Below, piece after piece: positions 23,526-31,106 of a stretch of DNA of 32,000 bases. A model generated the notes under the pieces. It worked only from the letters and a program-made list of their open reading frames with translations. It ran no database searches and was not told the origin of the DNA. A program made the position numbers and the translations under genes. The stretch lies in assembly GCA_963766735.1 (NCBI GenBank), contig CAVYBU010000020.1:13086-45085 (forward strand), read 5' to 3'. How positions within the stretch are numbered: the first letter of the stretch is position 1; each line of letters starts with the position of its first letter. The stretch comes from an uncultured Chloroflexia bacterium. Its GTDB lineage: Bacteria > Chloroflexota > Limnocylindria > Limnocylindrales > CSP1-4.

Positions 23526-24431
23526 TCACTTGGAGCGGTGGTCGGGCAATGCCGCGGCGACGAGCAGGTCACGGATCACGTCGTTGCCCTTCTGCGAGGG
23601 GTGCGTGTAGTCGCCGCCCACAAAGTCGCCGGCGGGGTCCGTTCCATCGGCTCCGTTGAACGCCCGATGAACATCCACGCAGACCGCGTCGATCGCCGCG
23701 GCCTCACCGCACAGAGCGGGGTTCCAGGTTCGGAACCAGTAAGCCTCCGCGTCAAGGAGGGCTGATCGCGTTTCCTCGTCGAACTGATCGAGGAAGCTCC
23801 AGCCCCTCCACGTGTCGTAGGGGGCGAGGACCCCGACAGCGGCGTGCGGGGCTGCTCGGCGGATCCCCGCGAACACCTCGGCGACCTGGCCACGGGTCAC
23901 CGGGACCACGGAGTCGATGCATTCCCTGCTGGTCGCGGCGGCTGCCTGGATGGCATCGGTGTCGCTCGCCGACGGACCAAGTGCGGGCGGGCAGGCGTCA
24001 TGGGGATCGGAGAACGGCGGCTGATCGTTGAACGCGATCGAGATCACGACGACGTCCGCAGCCTCGAGTTGGCTCCTGAGGGTCGCGTCAGACTGCATCT
24101 GGTCGACGATGTCGATGGCCCGCGCCCCATCGTGGCGAGACCGGTTCACCACTGTCACCGGGCCCCCGAGCTCGGTCTCCAGCGCTCGGGCGTACGAGGT
24201 CACGAACCCCGTGCAGCCCGGACAGTCATCGGCCGAGTTGAAGGGAATGGAGTCACCCATCGCGACCAGAGTGAACGCTTCTACGTCCGTCGTTGGTTCG
24301 GCGGACGGCGTCGCTGGGATGGAGGCGAACACCGTGACGTCTGGGGAGGGGCTCGACTGCGGGGCGCCGCCACAGGCGGCCACCAGCGCCGCAATGAGAG
24401 CGCCGACAATGACGATGGGACGCCGCGTCAT
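23526..24431 (-). CDS. SGNH/GDSL-family hydrolase lipoprotein
   Basis: The start is ATG 24431, preceded by GAGGAGCGAAGG: MTRRPIVIVGALIAALVAACGG (lipobox). The catalytic blocks are AMGDSIP (block I GDS) and GDYTHPS (block V DxxH). The upstream part of ORF 23526..24602 is probably untranslated. Confidence 0.75.
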   Translation of the reverse strand: MTRRPIVIVGALIAALVAACGGAPQSSPSPDVTVFASIPATPSAEPTTDVEAFTLVAMGDSIPFNSADDCPGCTGFVTSYARALETELGGPVTVVNRSRHDGARAIDIVDQMQSDATLRSQLEAADVVVISIAFNDQPPFSDPHDACPPALGPSASDTDAIQAAAATSRECIDSVVPVTRGQVAEVFAGIRRAAPHAAVGVLAPYDTWRGWSFLDQFDEETRSALLDAEAYWFRTWNPALCGEAAAIDAVCVDVHRAFNGADGTDPAGDFVGGDYTHPSQKGNDVIRDLLVAAALPDHRSK

Positions 24432-24637
24432 CCTTCGCTCCTCGGGCTCCGATGCTCGGGACCGGAGTGTACGCGGCGCGATCCTGAGCCACGGGACTAC
24501 GAGGGGTTGGGGGATGTCGTCCGTGGTGGCCGGGCCACATTCGTCATCGGAGGTCTGCAAGCCTGGCGACCAGGCCAGGACGGGTGTCTCCTCATGTTTC
24601 ACAAGCCCCGCGAACGAGAGCGTGTGGAGCGAATCGA

Positions 24638-24665
24638 CGAGGCCCCGCCTTCTGGCGGGGCCTCG
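24638..24665 (-). terminator. Intrinsic-terminator-like hairpin after the sigma/anti-sigma pair
   Basis: Perfect 12-bp stem CGAGGCCCCGCC / GGCGGGGCCTCG with a 4-nt loop. It sits 19 nt downstream of the stop at 24685. The following tract, UCGAUUCGCU, is only moderately U-rich. Confidence 0.6.
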
Positions 24666-24684
24666 TGCGTTTGGATGGGCTGGT

Positions 24685-25320
24685 TCAGTTGGCGAACGCC
24701 GCCTCCCAGGATGCCGCCGTCCCGGTGTCGAAGTCGAGCGTGTAGCCGCAGGCGTTGATGCTCGTCCCGGCCGCCGTCACGAGGTAGCGCCCGCCGACCT
24801 CGAAGTCAGGGACCGATCCGATGAGCGCCACACCCTCCGACGGGCTCGTGAGCGTGACGGCGCCATCCACGCCCTTCCAGCCGGTGTTGACGGCGAACGT
24901 GATCACACCGCCGTCGACGGCGGTGACGGTGCCGTCGAAGACGACGTCGAAGGTCGGCAGGATCGCCGGGTCGTACATCAGGCACGAGGCCATCCCGACG
25001 CCGGAACCGGTGTCGATGGACGGCGCCGGGGCGTCGGGGGACTGCGTCGGGACGCTGGCGATCGCGTCCGGCTGCTGCCGCCCGAGGCCGGGGCCGACGA
25101 CGACCACGAGGGCGACGACGCCGACGAGGGCGAGCCCGCCGAGCAGGGCGAGCGGGCGGCGCGAGTGCTTGTCCGCGGGGGTGGGCTGGACGTCGGTCAT
25201 GATGTGCTCCTGGATCCTCGCCGAGACGCGGGCGAGGCTCGCGTCGGGCACGTCGTGCGCGCGGACCGGGTCGGCATCACGGAGCCGGTCGAACGGATCG
25301 GTCCCGTTCGGCATGCTCAT
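24685..25320 (-). CDS. Anti-sigma-factor-like single-pass membrane protein (assignment by position only)
   Basis: ATG 25320 overlaps the sigma gene stop as ATGA. It has a cytoplasmic N-terminus, a TM helix PLALLGGLALVGVVALVVVV and an extracytoplasmic C-domain. No HxxxCxxC zinc motif was seen. Confidence 0.6.
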   Translation of the reverse strand: MSMPNGTDPFDRLRDADPVRAHDVPDASLARVSARIQEHIMTDVQPTPADKHSRRPLALLGGLALVGVVALVVVVGPGLGRQQPDAIASVPTQSPDAPAPSIDTGSGVGMASCLMYDPAILPTFDVVFDGTVTAVDGGVITFAVNTGWKGVDGAVTLTSPSEGVALIGSVPDFEVGGRYLVTAAGTSINACGYTLDFDTGTAASWEAAFAN

Positions 25321-25916
25321 TCCGCCACTCCCTTCCATGCGACACCGGTGGTGCCCTTCACATCAGCCAATGTCCGGCTGTGACCGGGATCTTTCACGTC
25401 GCGATCCCCTGGTGCAATTCGTTCGAGCGCCGCCGCGAAGCGGGCCCGGGCCCGATGCAGGCGGATCGCCACTGCGTTGGGCGTGATGTGGAGGACCTCG
25501 GCGATCTGGTGATTGCGCAGCTCCTCCCACGCGACGAGACGCAGGATCTCCTGGTCAGCAGGCGGCAGGGAGGCGAGCGCCTCGAACGCGGGGCCATCGA
25601 GATCCTCGCCCGCGCGAAGCGGGGTTGGGGCGTCCTCGACGCGGAGGAACGCCGCCAGCCGCTGCCGCCGACCATGGCCGCGACGCTGGTTGGCGAGGAC
25701 CCGCCTTGCGACGGCATACAGCCACGGCAGTGGTTCGGCGGGGACCGCGGAGAGCCTGCGCCAGGCGACGGCGAAGGTCTCGGAGGCCGCGTCCTCGGCA
25801 TCCGCGAGGGTCTCGGTGCGCCGCATCGCGTAGGCGAGGACGTCACGCTGGTGAGCCGCGACGATCGCCTCGAACCGGGCGAGCGGCTGGATGGGGATCG
25901 GGGTTTTGGTCACCAC
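25317..25916 (-). CDS. ECF-type sigma-70 family RNA polymerase sigma factor
   Basis: In frame with ORF 25317..26282. I take the start at GTG 25916 or 25913, giving about 199 aa.
- Region 2: HQRDVLAYAMRRTETLADAEDAASETFAVAWRRL...LPWLYAVARRVLANQRR.
- Region 4: LASLPPADQEILRLVAWEELRNHQIAEVLHITPNAVAIRLHRARARF. Confidence 0.85.
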   Translation of the reverse strand: MVTKTPIPIQPLARFEAIVAAHQRDVLAYAMRRTETLADAEDAASETFAVAWRRLSAVPAEPLPWLYAVARRVLANQRRGHGRRQRLAAFLRVEDAPTPLRAGEDLDGPAFEALASLPPADQEILRLVAWEELRNHQIAEVLHITPNAVAIRLHRARARFAAALERIAPGDRDVKDPGHSRTLADVKGTTGVAWKGVAE

Positions 25917-25920
25917 CGCG

Positions 25921-25947
25921 AGACGCCGAGCCGGCAGCGCCGGTTCC
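25921..25947 (-). promoter_or_regulatory. Candidate ECF-type promoter (GGAAC-N17-CGTCT) directly abutting the sigma gene start
   Basis: The minus strand reads GGAAC cggcgctgccggctcgg CGTCT cgcg GTGGTG. The -10-like element ends 4-7 nt before the candidate GTG starts, which would imply a leaderless transcript. Confidence 0.35.
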
Positions 25948-26087
25948 GCCGGGACGAGGCTGGCGCGATCGGTCGTGTGGTCGGGTCCGCCGGAGGCCGG
26001 AACCCCATGCTGCGTCGCCGGTTCGCTGGGATCGTCTCCGCGTATCGCCGGATCTGAGTCGGGTCGGGTCCTGGCAGAAGGAGTGCC

Positions 26088-26375
26088 GTGGCAATCAAGG
26101 TCATCGTCGAGCTGAAGGCCAAACCGGGGCGGCGCGACGAGCTGCGGTCGCTCATCGAGCAGCTCGCCACACGCGAGCGACCGAGCGGCTACCACGGGAG
26201 CACGTACTACGAGTCGGTGGACGACCCAGACTTGCTCATCGACATTGCGGACTGGGAGTCGCCTGAGGCACGGGCGGCCCATCTCGCGAAGGCCATGGCC
26301 GTCGGTGCCTATGGTCCGGTGCTCGAGCCGCTGGCGGGGCCCTTCCGGGCCACCGTCATCCGCCGGCTGCCCTGA
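26088..26375 (+). CDS. Antibiotic biosynthesis monooxygenase (ABM) domain protein
   Basis: 95 aa from GTG 26088, with GAAGGAG 5 nt upstream: AIKVIVELKAKPGRRDELRSLIEQL...GYHGSTYYESVDDPDLLIDIADWESPEARAAH fits the ABM ferredoxin-like pattern. Confidence 0.75.
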   Translation: MAIKVIVELKAKPGRRDELRSLIEQLATRERPSGYHGSTYYESVDDPDLLIDIADWESPEARAAHLAKAMAVGAYGPVLEPLAGPFRATVIRRLP

Positions 26376-26399
26376 GCCCTGCGTCCACGCGGCGACATT

Positions 26400-26439
26400 G
26401 GCGCGCCCGGAGGGATTCGGGCGCGCAGGAACAACAACG
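26400..26439 (+). repeat. GC-hairpin element copy E (best consensus copy)
   Basis: ggcgcgcccggagggattcgggcgcgcaggaacaacaacg. It has a perfect 9-bp stem, the loop GAGGGATT and the tail AGGAACAACAAC. It lies 25 nt after the ABM stop. Confidence 0.85.
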
Positions 26440-26839
26440 TGCTTGATCTGGGCCAGGCCGTCCGGGACCGATCGCTCGGCGCGACGGCAGGGTTCCGGGC
26501 GGCGTCCGGGGCGACCTGGGCGGGGTCCCGAGAGGCGCGGCGAAGACGCCCGAAGCCTTCCGTCATGGAGTGGGTCATCGGCTGCCTCATCTATCGGGGC
26601 CCGCCGCCGCCGCTCGTGTCCTGCCGTGGTGTTATCGAACTGACGGACATCGTGTACACATCAGGACCTGCGGTGTCGGCCCGGGACCCCTGGCACCCCA
26701 TCGGTGGCTGCGTCCGCCGGGCGCAACCGTTCGCGACCAATACCCCTGGTTCACGCGATCTGAGCAGCCCACCATCCTCGAAGGAGAACGCGGTCCGGCG
26801 GCCGCGCGGACGACTGTGCCGGCCCGGAGGCGGTTCGTC

Positions 26840-27100
26840 ATGGTTGGGCAGTACCTCGACTTCCAGGCGGTTGTCGGGATCACCAAGCACATGGGCGGCC
26901 GGGGGGCCACGAGGGATCTCCTCGAGCTCTGCCACGTGGACGAGGCGCGCGATGTCCTCGAGGTCGGGTGCGGGATCGGCGTGGGGCCGGTCGAGCTCGC
27001 GCTCAGCCGCGACTGTCGGGTGGTGGGCGTCGACCGTTCCGCGCAGATGATCGAGTGGGCGCGACGGCGCGCCCGCGAGCACGGTTGCGCCGATAGGCCT
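26840..27100 (+). pseudogene. 5' fragment of a class I SAM-dependent methyltransferase (truncated after motif I/post-I)
   Basis: ATG 26840 has GGAGG 9 nt upstream: MVGQYLDFQAVVGITKHMGGRGATRDLLELCHVDEARDVLEVGCGIGVGPVELALSRDCRVVGVDRSAQMIEWARRRAREHG. The expected motif II/III region is replaced by Arg-rich junk, and the frame runs into the next gene (start 27150). The 3' limit given is approximate. Confidence 0.55.
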
Positions 27101-27149
27101 GTTGCTGCAAACTCCGCCGAACGATCGGCGCAGCGATCGGGGAGGGTGA

Positions 27150-30100
27150 ATGACCAACGCAGACGCGCCGGAGCCCGGCTCCGCCGACGGGCCTACGGAG
27201 CCTCCCGGCGTATTGCCGCCGGGCGCCCGGGCGGAGGCGGAGCTCCGGACGTTCCTGATCGCCGACATCCGCGGCTACACGACGTACACGCAGGAGAACG
27301 GCGCCGACGCGGCCGCCGAGCTCGCCGGCCGGTTCGCAGCAATCGTCCGCGAGGTCGTCACTGCCCATGACGGGTTCCTCCTCGAGTTGCGTGGCGACGA
27401 AGCGCTCGTCGTCTTCGTCCTCGCCCGTCACGCTCTCCGGGCCGCGCTCGAGCTCCAGTCCCGGTTCGCTGCCGAGCTCGCTCGCGGCGTCGGCATCGGG
27501 CTCGACGCCGGCGAGGCCATCCCGGTCGAGGGCGGCTACCGCGGCAGCGCACTGAACCTCGCCGCCCGCCTCTGCGGCCAGGCGGGACCGGGTGAGACGC
27601 TCGCCTCCGAGGCGGTCATCCACCTCGCGGCCAAGGTCGAGGGGGTCGGCTACGCGGACCCGCGGACGTACCGCCTCAAGGGCATCGAGCAGCCGATCCG
27701 GGCGATGCACATCGTGGTCCCAGAGCTGGGCTCCAAGAAGCCGATCCGCTACGGCGGTGATGGACGGCGCGCGGACCGCCGCCTGCTCGCCGCGGGCGGG
27801 GTCGGCCTGGCCGCGCTCGCCCTCGTCACCGTCGTCGTGTCGGGAGCGTTGGGCGGATCTGGCGGCGCCGCGCCGAGTCCGAGTGGCGCCGCCGCGTCAG
27901 GATCTCCCTCGCCAGTCGCCTCTCCCGAGCTCGTTGCGTACGAAGACCTCCCGGCGATCGCGTACCTGGACCCGGCGACCGGTCAAGCGACGAGCGTCAA
28001 GCAGGTGGACGAGCGGATCGAGAGTGTTGCGTTCGATGACGGCGCCTTCTGGCTGTCCTCGCCACCGTTCACCAACATCGTGGCGCTCGACCCCGCCACG
28101 CACGAGCGGATCCGCACTGTCTCCCACCCGGTGGCAACGCCGCAGGACATCAGGGTGGCCGACGGCATCATGTGGGTGGACGACTTCGATCGGCCGCGGG
28201 TGGTCGGCGTGGACGTTGCCACGTCGAGGGTGGTGCACGACTACGACCTGCCGAGCGAGGACGGCGGCGGCACCGCCGGTCTTGCCTTCGCCGACGGTTC
28301 GCTCTGGGTGGGCACCAGGCACTCCGAGGAGCTCTTTCGCCTGGACCCCGCGACCGGTGACGTGGAGGCCACGATCCCCGTGGCGTCTCCTGTCCTGGCC
28401 TCCGACGGCGACCTGCTCATCGCCCAGAGTTCTGGGAAGTTGCACCGGATCGACACGGCCCGGAACGTCGTCCTGTGGAGCACCGCCGAGATCACCGCCC
28501 CTGACATCTGGACGGCCGTTGCGTTCGGCGGCGGCTACATCTGGGTCAGTGACGACACGCGGGGGACCGTCACGAAGGTCGAGCCGACGACCGGAAAGGT
28601 CGTCAGGGTCTTCGACGTCGGGGTCGGCGCCCTGCCGATGGCGGCCGCGGGGAACACGCTGTGGGTCGCCGTGCAGGACGCGGGAAGGCTGGTCGCCATC
28701 GACATGACGACGGGCGAGACGCGGGACGTCGACATCGGTCACTTCATCGGTGGCCTGGCGGCGTCGGACAGCGAGCTTCTCGTCAGCCTGGATCGCACGG
28801 GAGACGACGTGATCGCGCACCTCTCGGGCGACGTCCTCACGATCACCGCGCCTACCTTCCCGTTCCACGATCCTGACCCCGCGAGGAACGGCTCGTTCCA
28901 GGGTCGCCAGGCAGCCTACGCGACCTGTGCGGGCCTTCTGCGCTATGCGGACATGCCCGCGCCCGAAGGTTGGGCCCTCGTGCCCGAGGTGGCGGTCGCG
29001 CTGCCCGACGTCTCGGCCGACGGGACGACATACACCTTCGCCGTTCGGCCGGGCTGGAAGTTCTCGGACGGCCAGGCGCTGACGGCGGAGACCTACCGAT
29101 CCTCGATCGAACGGGCACTGTCACCCGAGCTGGACAGCTGGTTCGGGCGCCGCTACGCGCCACCGTTGGTCGGCCTGCAGGCGTACCTCGACGGAACTGC
29201 GACGCACGTCGAGGGCATCGCGGTGGACGGAGAGCGGATCACCTTCACACTCGCCGAGCCAGCCGGCGACTTCCTCGACCTGCTGACGCTCCCCTGGTTC
29301 TGTCCGGTGCCCACAGGGACACCGGCTGTCCCCAACCTCGACCCTACGCCACCCTTCCCGTCAGCCGGTCCGTACTACCTGGCCGAGCACCTGTCCGCTG
29401 AGCTGGCGGTCTTCAAGCGCAACCCGAACTACGCGGGTGACCGGCCGCAACCGTTCGACGCGATCGTCTTCCGCGAGGGGATCGAGCCCGGCACGGCCGT
29501 CTCGCTCGTCGATGCGGGCGCGTACGACGCCGTTGCCGACGAAACCGGGGAGCTGAGCGTCCAAAGCGCGCTGGCCCGGACCTGGGGACCCGGCAGCGAC
29601 AATGCAGTGGCGGGTGACCAGCGCTGGTTCGGAGGCGCACGACCCGCCACCGGCTTCCTCGCGCTCAACCCGGCTGACCCCTTGCTGAAGGACCCTCAGG
29701 TCCGTCGCGCGATCAGCCTGGCCCTCGACCGATCGGCGCTGGCCGCTCCTTCGAACGAGACGCCATCCGACCGGCTTCTCAGCCCGGCGGTGCGCGGATC
29801 TGACCTCTCCGATCCTCCAGTCCCGGCGCCCGACCTGGAGGCCGCCCGAGCACTGATGGCCGGCCGGACCGGGACCCTCGTGCTCGCCACCGGCCCGGAG
29901 GGTGAATGCGCGACCTGCGACGCCCGGGCCAATGCTGTGGTCGGCCAGCTGGCCGCCATCGGCCTGACCGTCGAGATCAAACGTCACCCGTGGGCGGAGC
30001 TCGGAGCAGCCATCACGGCTCCCGACTCGACGGTGGACCTGTGGCTTGAGCCCGTCTGGGCGGACTATCCGGACCCGGTCGCCATGCTACGCGGGCTGCA

Positions 30101-30341
30101 CGATCTGGCCGCCCTCCCGGAGGGCGACCTGGCCGAGCTCGATCGCCTCGAGGCCCTGGCGGGCCAGGAGCGCGTCGACGCCGCCGTGGCCCTCGCGACA
30201 AAGGTCACCGAGACCGACCACCTCGTCCTGCCGTTCGGCTACCGCGTCTACCCCATGTACCTCGGCGCCGACGTCGGCTGTGCCTTCGTGCAGCCGGCGA
30301 TTGGGGCGGTCGACCTGCTGAGCTTGTGCCGGAAGCCCTGA
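27150..30341 (+). CDS. Receptor-type class III nucleotidyl cyclase: cytoplasmic cyclase domain, one TM helix, beta-propeller-like repeats, family-5 solute-binding-protein (DppA/OppA-like) domain
   Basis: 1063 aa, with GGAGG upstream of the ATG.
- Cyclase: RTFLIADIRGYTTYT...LLELRGDEALVVF...GIGLDAGEA...YRGSALNLAARLCGQAGPGETL.
- TM helix: LLAAGGVGLAALALVTVVVSGAL.
- Repeated LDPATG/W-containing strands.
- SBP_bac_5-like block: YTFAVRPGWKFSDGQALTAETYRSSIERAL...NPNYAG.... Confidence 0.8.
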   Translation: MTNADAPEPGSADGPTEPPGVLPPGARAEAELRTFLIADIRGYTTYTQENGADAAAELAGRFAAIVREVVTAHDGFLLELRGDEALVVFVLARHALRAALELQSRFAAELARGVGIGLDAGEAIPVEGGYRGSALNLAARLCGQAGPGETLASEAVIHLAAKVEGVGYADPRTYRLKGIEQPIRAMHIVVPELGSKKPIRYGGDGRRADRRLLAAGGVGLAALALVTVVVSGALGGSGGAAPSPSGAAASGSPSPVASPELVAYEDLPAIAYLDPATGQATSVKQVDERIESVAFDDGAFWLSSPPFTNIVALDPATHERIRTVSHPVATPQDIRVADGIMWVDDFDRPRVVGVDVATSRVVHDYDLPSEDGGGTAGLAFADGSLWVGTRHSEELFRLDPATGDVEATIPVASPVLASDGDLLIAQSSGKLHRIDTARNVVLWSTAEITAPDIWTAVAFGGGYIWVSDDTRGTVTKVEPTTGKVVRVFDVGVGALPMAAAGNTLWVAVQDAGRLVAIDMTTGETRDVDIGHFIGGLAASDSELLVSLDRTGDDVIAHLSGDVLTITAPTFPFHDPDPARNGSFQGRQAAYATCAGLLRYADMPAPEGWALVPEVAVALPDVSADGTTYTFAVRPGWKFSDGQALTAETYRSSIERALSPELDSWFGRRYAPPLVGLQAYLDGTATHVEGIAVDGERITFTLAEPAGDFLDLLTLPWFCPVPTGTPAVPNLDPTPPFPSAGPYYLAEHLSAELAVFKRNPNYAGDRPQPFDAIVFREGIEPGTAVSLVDAGAYDAVADETGELSVQSALARTWGPGSDNAVAGDQRWFGGARPATGFLALNPADPLLKDPQVRRAISLALDRSALAAPSNETPSDRLLSPAVRGSDLSDPPVPAPDLEAARALMAGRTGTLVLATGPEGECATCDARANAVVGQLAAIGLTVEIKRHPWAELGAAITAPDSTVDLWLEPVWADYPDPVAMLRGLHDLAALPEGDLAELDRLEALAGQERVDAAVALATKVTETDHLVLPFGYRVYPMYLGADVGCAFVQPAIGAVDLLSLCRKP

Positions 30342-30388
30342 TCGTGACGTGGCGCGCGATCGCGCGATCAGTGGTCGGGCCTGGACCT

Positions 30389-30427
30389 GGCGCGCCCGGA
30401 GGGATCCGAACACGCAGGAACAACACG
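30389..30427 (+). repeat. GC-hairpin element copy F (3' stem arm degenerate)
   Basis: ggcgcgcccggagggatccgaacacgcaggaacaacacg. The 5' arm, loop and tail are conserved. The 3' arm carries G-to-A changes. It lies between convergent genes (stops at 30341 and 30569). Confidence 0.75.
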
Positions 30428-30568
30428 CGTCGCACCGCGGTATCACACGGACGATGCATGACGCGCAGGAGGGACCGGTGGGCCGCGCGGCGTACCCATT
30501 GGGTTGGCGCTCACTGGCTGGGTCGACGTATGTGGTCGTCCAGTCGATGGGCCCCTTCGCGTCCGCCG

Positions 30569-31081
30569 TCAGGCCGCGTAGCCGCCCCGCAGCGCGGCCA
30601 GGATGTCCTGCCATTCCCGGTCCTGGGGATCGCCGGCGCCCCGGGCGAGGATGGTGCCGTCGCGGGTCACGACCAGTGCGTGGACCTCGTCACCACCCGG
30701 GATCGCAAGGGACCGCTGGAACCTGCCCACGTCGGTGTAGATCGTGATCGTCCGGGCGAGGACGTCCGGGTCGCCGATGCCCGACGTCATGCCGCCATCG
30801 ATGAATCGCCGGACCGGCCGCCACGCGGTGGCGAGGACGGGCAGCTCCACCACGGCAACGGGCAGCGCGCCGGTGTGGCCCCGAGGCGTCGGGGGCACGC
30901 CATCCGCCACGGCACGAGCGATCCAGCGGTCCACCCGGGCCTGGTGCCATTGTCGGAACGCCACGACGGCCAGCGTCCGTTCGGCGGGGAACTCGCGCGG
31001 GAGCGCAAGCTCCACGCCCAGGAGCGAGCGACCGGTGACGGCAGGGAAGCGGGCGGCGGTCCCGCCGGCGTCGGCGGTCAT
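30569..31081 (-). CDS. Hypothetical protein (170 aa)
   Basis: The start is taken at ATG 31081, 25 nt after the upstream SDR stop. MTADAGGTAARFPAVTGRSLLGVELALPREFPAERTLAVVAFRQWHQARVDRW... has coding-like composition. The upstream part of ORF 30569..31414 is Pro/Ser/Arg junk overlapping the SDR gene. I recognise no family. Confidence 0.55.
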   Translation of the reverse strand: MTADAGGTAARFPAVTGRSLLGVELALPREFPAERTLAVVAFRQWHQARVDRWIARAVADGVPPTPRGHTGALPVAVVELPVLATAWRPVRRFIDGGMTSGIGDPDVLARTITIYTDVGRFQRSLAIPGGDEVHALVVTRDGTILARGAGDPQDREWQDILAALRGGYAA

Positions 31082-31106
31082 CGCGGGGCAGCCCGTCTGC
31101 CGTGCA

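Noticed and set aside
26400-26439. The hairpin element looked like the reverse complement of a tRNA 3' end (GGAGGGATTCGaac-like T-arm), i.e. tRNA fragments or integrase att sites.
   Set aside because: The segments flanking the would-be T-loop are not mutually complementary as a T-stem. No cloverleaf can be drawn. The best copies instead form a simple 9-bp hairpin. No integrase is nearby.
30339-30371. The palindromic GCGCGATCGCGC and the tandem GCGCGATC units right after the receptor-cyclase stop, considered as a regulatory site.
   Set aside because: It is a short, single occurrence. As RNA it would form only a 4-bp stem. I could assign no function.
3862-30427. The same-orientation repeats as integron attC sites, or as a CRISPR-like array.
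   Set aside because: The spacing is kilobases and irregular. The intervening genes are large and on both strands. There is no intI or cas gene, and the elements lack the attC R/L box organisation.
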